A DNA stretch of 43,533 nucleotides from Myxococcota bacterium. GTDB lineage: Bacteria > Myxococcota_A > UBA9042 > PHBI01 > JAWLBL01. This document shows positions 42,428-43,533 of this stretch, one piece after another. The stretch is from NCBI GenBank assembly GCA_041687695.1, contig JAWLBL010000009.1, positions 1 through 43,533 of the forward strand, read 5' to 3'. Every line of letters begins with the position of its first letter. Positions within the stretch are counted from its first letter, which is position 1. The position numbers and the translations under genes are program-made. The notes beneath the pieces were generated by a model. The model did no database searches. It was given only the letters and a program-made list of their open reading frames with translations, and was not told the origin of the DNA.

Positions 42428-42891
42428 GGTTCGTCTGCGACCGCATGTTCGCGCGCCTGGGCCGCTGGCTGCGCGCGGCCGGGCACGACACGGTGCTGGC
42501 CCCCGAGGCCTGGGCCGACCGCCAGATCGTCGCCTGGGCCGCCGCCGAGGGTCGGGTCGTCCTGACCCGCGACCGCAAGATGCTCGAGCTGCGCGAGGCC
42601 GCGGGCGGCCACGTCCGGGTGCTGCGCGCCGACACTCTCGACGCCGCCGCCCGCGAGCTGGCGGCCGAGCACGGCCTCGACTGGCTGCGCGCCCCGCTGA
42701 CCCGCTGCCTGGTCGACAACACCCCCATCGCCCTCGCCGCCCCCGACGCGCTGGCCCTCATCCCCGAGGGCGCCCGAAAGACGGCCACCGAGGTCTGGCG
42801 CTGCCCCTCCTGCCAGCGCCTGTACTGGGAAGGCGGCCACGCCCACCGCATGCGCCAGCGGCTCGAGGCCTGGGCCGCCGGGGCGGCCTGA
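42424..42891 (+). CDS. Mut7-C RNase domain protein (DUF82/DUF5615-like)
   Basis: RFVCD.M..RLGRWLR.AG.DT, VLTRDR, RC..DN, C..C.RLYWEG.H. GTG start overlaps the HDAC stop. Confidence 0.88.
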   Translation: MRFVCDRMFARLGRWLRAAGHDTVLAPEAWADRQIVAWAAAEGRVVLTRDRKMLELREAAGGHVRVLRADTLDAAARELAAEHGLDWLRAPLTRCLVDNTPIALAAPDALALIPEGARKTATEVWRCPSCQRLYWEGGHAHRMRQRLEAWAAGAA

Positions 42892-42924
42892 GCCGAAGCC
42901 ATCGCGAACGCGGCCTTTGGAGGC

Positions 42925-43533
42925 GCTCGCGCCGGCCATGCCGGCGCTCTGGACCGCGCGGGTGCCGAGGAGGCGCGACCATCGGACAGCGCAGGCAAGG
43001 CCTGCGCGGTCCATAGCCGCCTGCGGCGGCGGAACGGCGCCTCAGGCCCCGAACTAGGCCGCACGGCAGTTCGCGCCGGCCATGCCGGCGCTGTCGTTCG
43101 CGCCGCAGGCGCCATGGAGCGCGCCACGGGGGCTGCGCCCCCGAGCCCCGCGTTGTGGCGTCGGCTGCGCCGACGCGACGGTTCCGGCGCTGTTGTTCGC
43201 GCCGGCCGCGCGGGTGCAGAGGAGGCGCGACAAGCGCACAGCGCAGGCAAGGCCTGCGCGGTCCATAGCCGCCTGCGGCGGCGGAACGGCGCCTCAGGCC
43301 CCGAACTAGGCCGCACGGCAGTTCGCGCCGGCCATGCCGGCGCTGTCGTTCGCGCCGGCCGCGCGGGTGCAGGGGAGGCGCGACGATCGCACAGCGCAGG
43401 CAAGGCCTGCGCGGTCCATAGCCGCCTGCGGCGGCGGAACGGCACACCAGGCCCCGCGCTGGGTCGCTGGGCGTCCGCGCCGGCCGCGCCGGCGCTGTCG
43501 TTCGCGCCGCAGGCGCTATGGAGCGCGCCGGCC
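42925..43533. repeat. BIME-like mosaic of long palindromic repeats
   Basis: Block ACAGCGCAGGCAAGGCCTGCGCGGTCCATAGCCGCCTGCGGCGGCGGAACGGC at 42986, 43238 and 43391. Recurrent CCGGCGCTGTCGTTCGCGCCG units. Runs off the window end. Confidence 0.9.

Overview
Very GC-rich bacterial DNA; the gene content suggests Myxococcota or another deltaproteobacterium (inference). Left end: a DUF222-like HNH endonuclease gene that is flanked on both sides by, and also contains, copies of the 16-bp palindrome GTCGTCCCGGGACGAC. It is followed by an SGNH/DUF459-like lipoprotein, a small membrane protein and several structured intergenic repeats. The centre (4374-23444, minus strand) is a roughly 19-kb, tightly coupled six-gene operon of uncharacterised proteins with no visible signal peptides: a ~2980-aa DUF6603-type giant, 519-aa, 334-aa and 1390-aa proteins, a ~943-aa protein with three internal repeats and a C-terminal jacalin-like lectin domain, and a small His-Gly...Ala-Cys (Stv-like, possibly clan CD protease) protein. 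This operon is the best candidate for an undescribed system, possibly a toxin or delivery complex. The right half is mostly housekeeping: ftsK, pyrG, tsaB, rseP, yacG, an M16 peptidase pair, enoyl-CoA hydratase, RluA-like and TrmB-like enzymes, a Sel1 lipoprotein, an SDR, a class V aminotransferase, an HDAC/AcuC enzyme and Mut7-C, with REP/BIME-like repeats in between. All family calls come from motif recognition by eye; no database searches were run.
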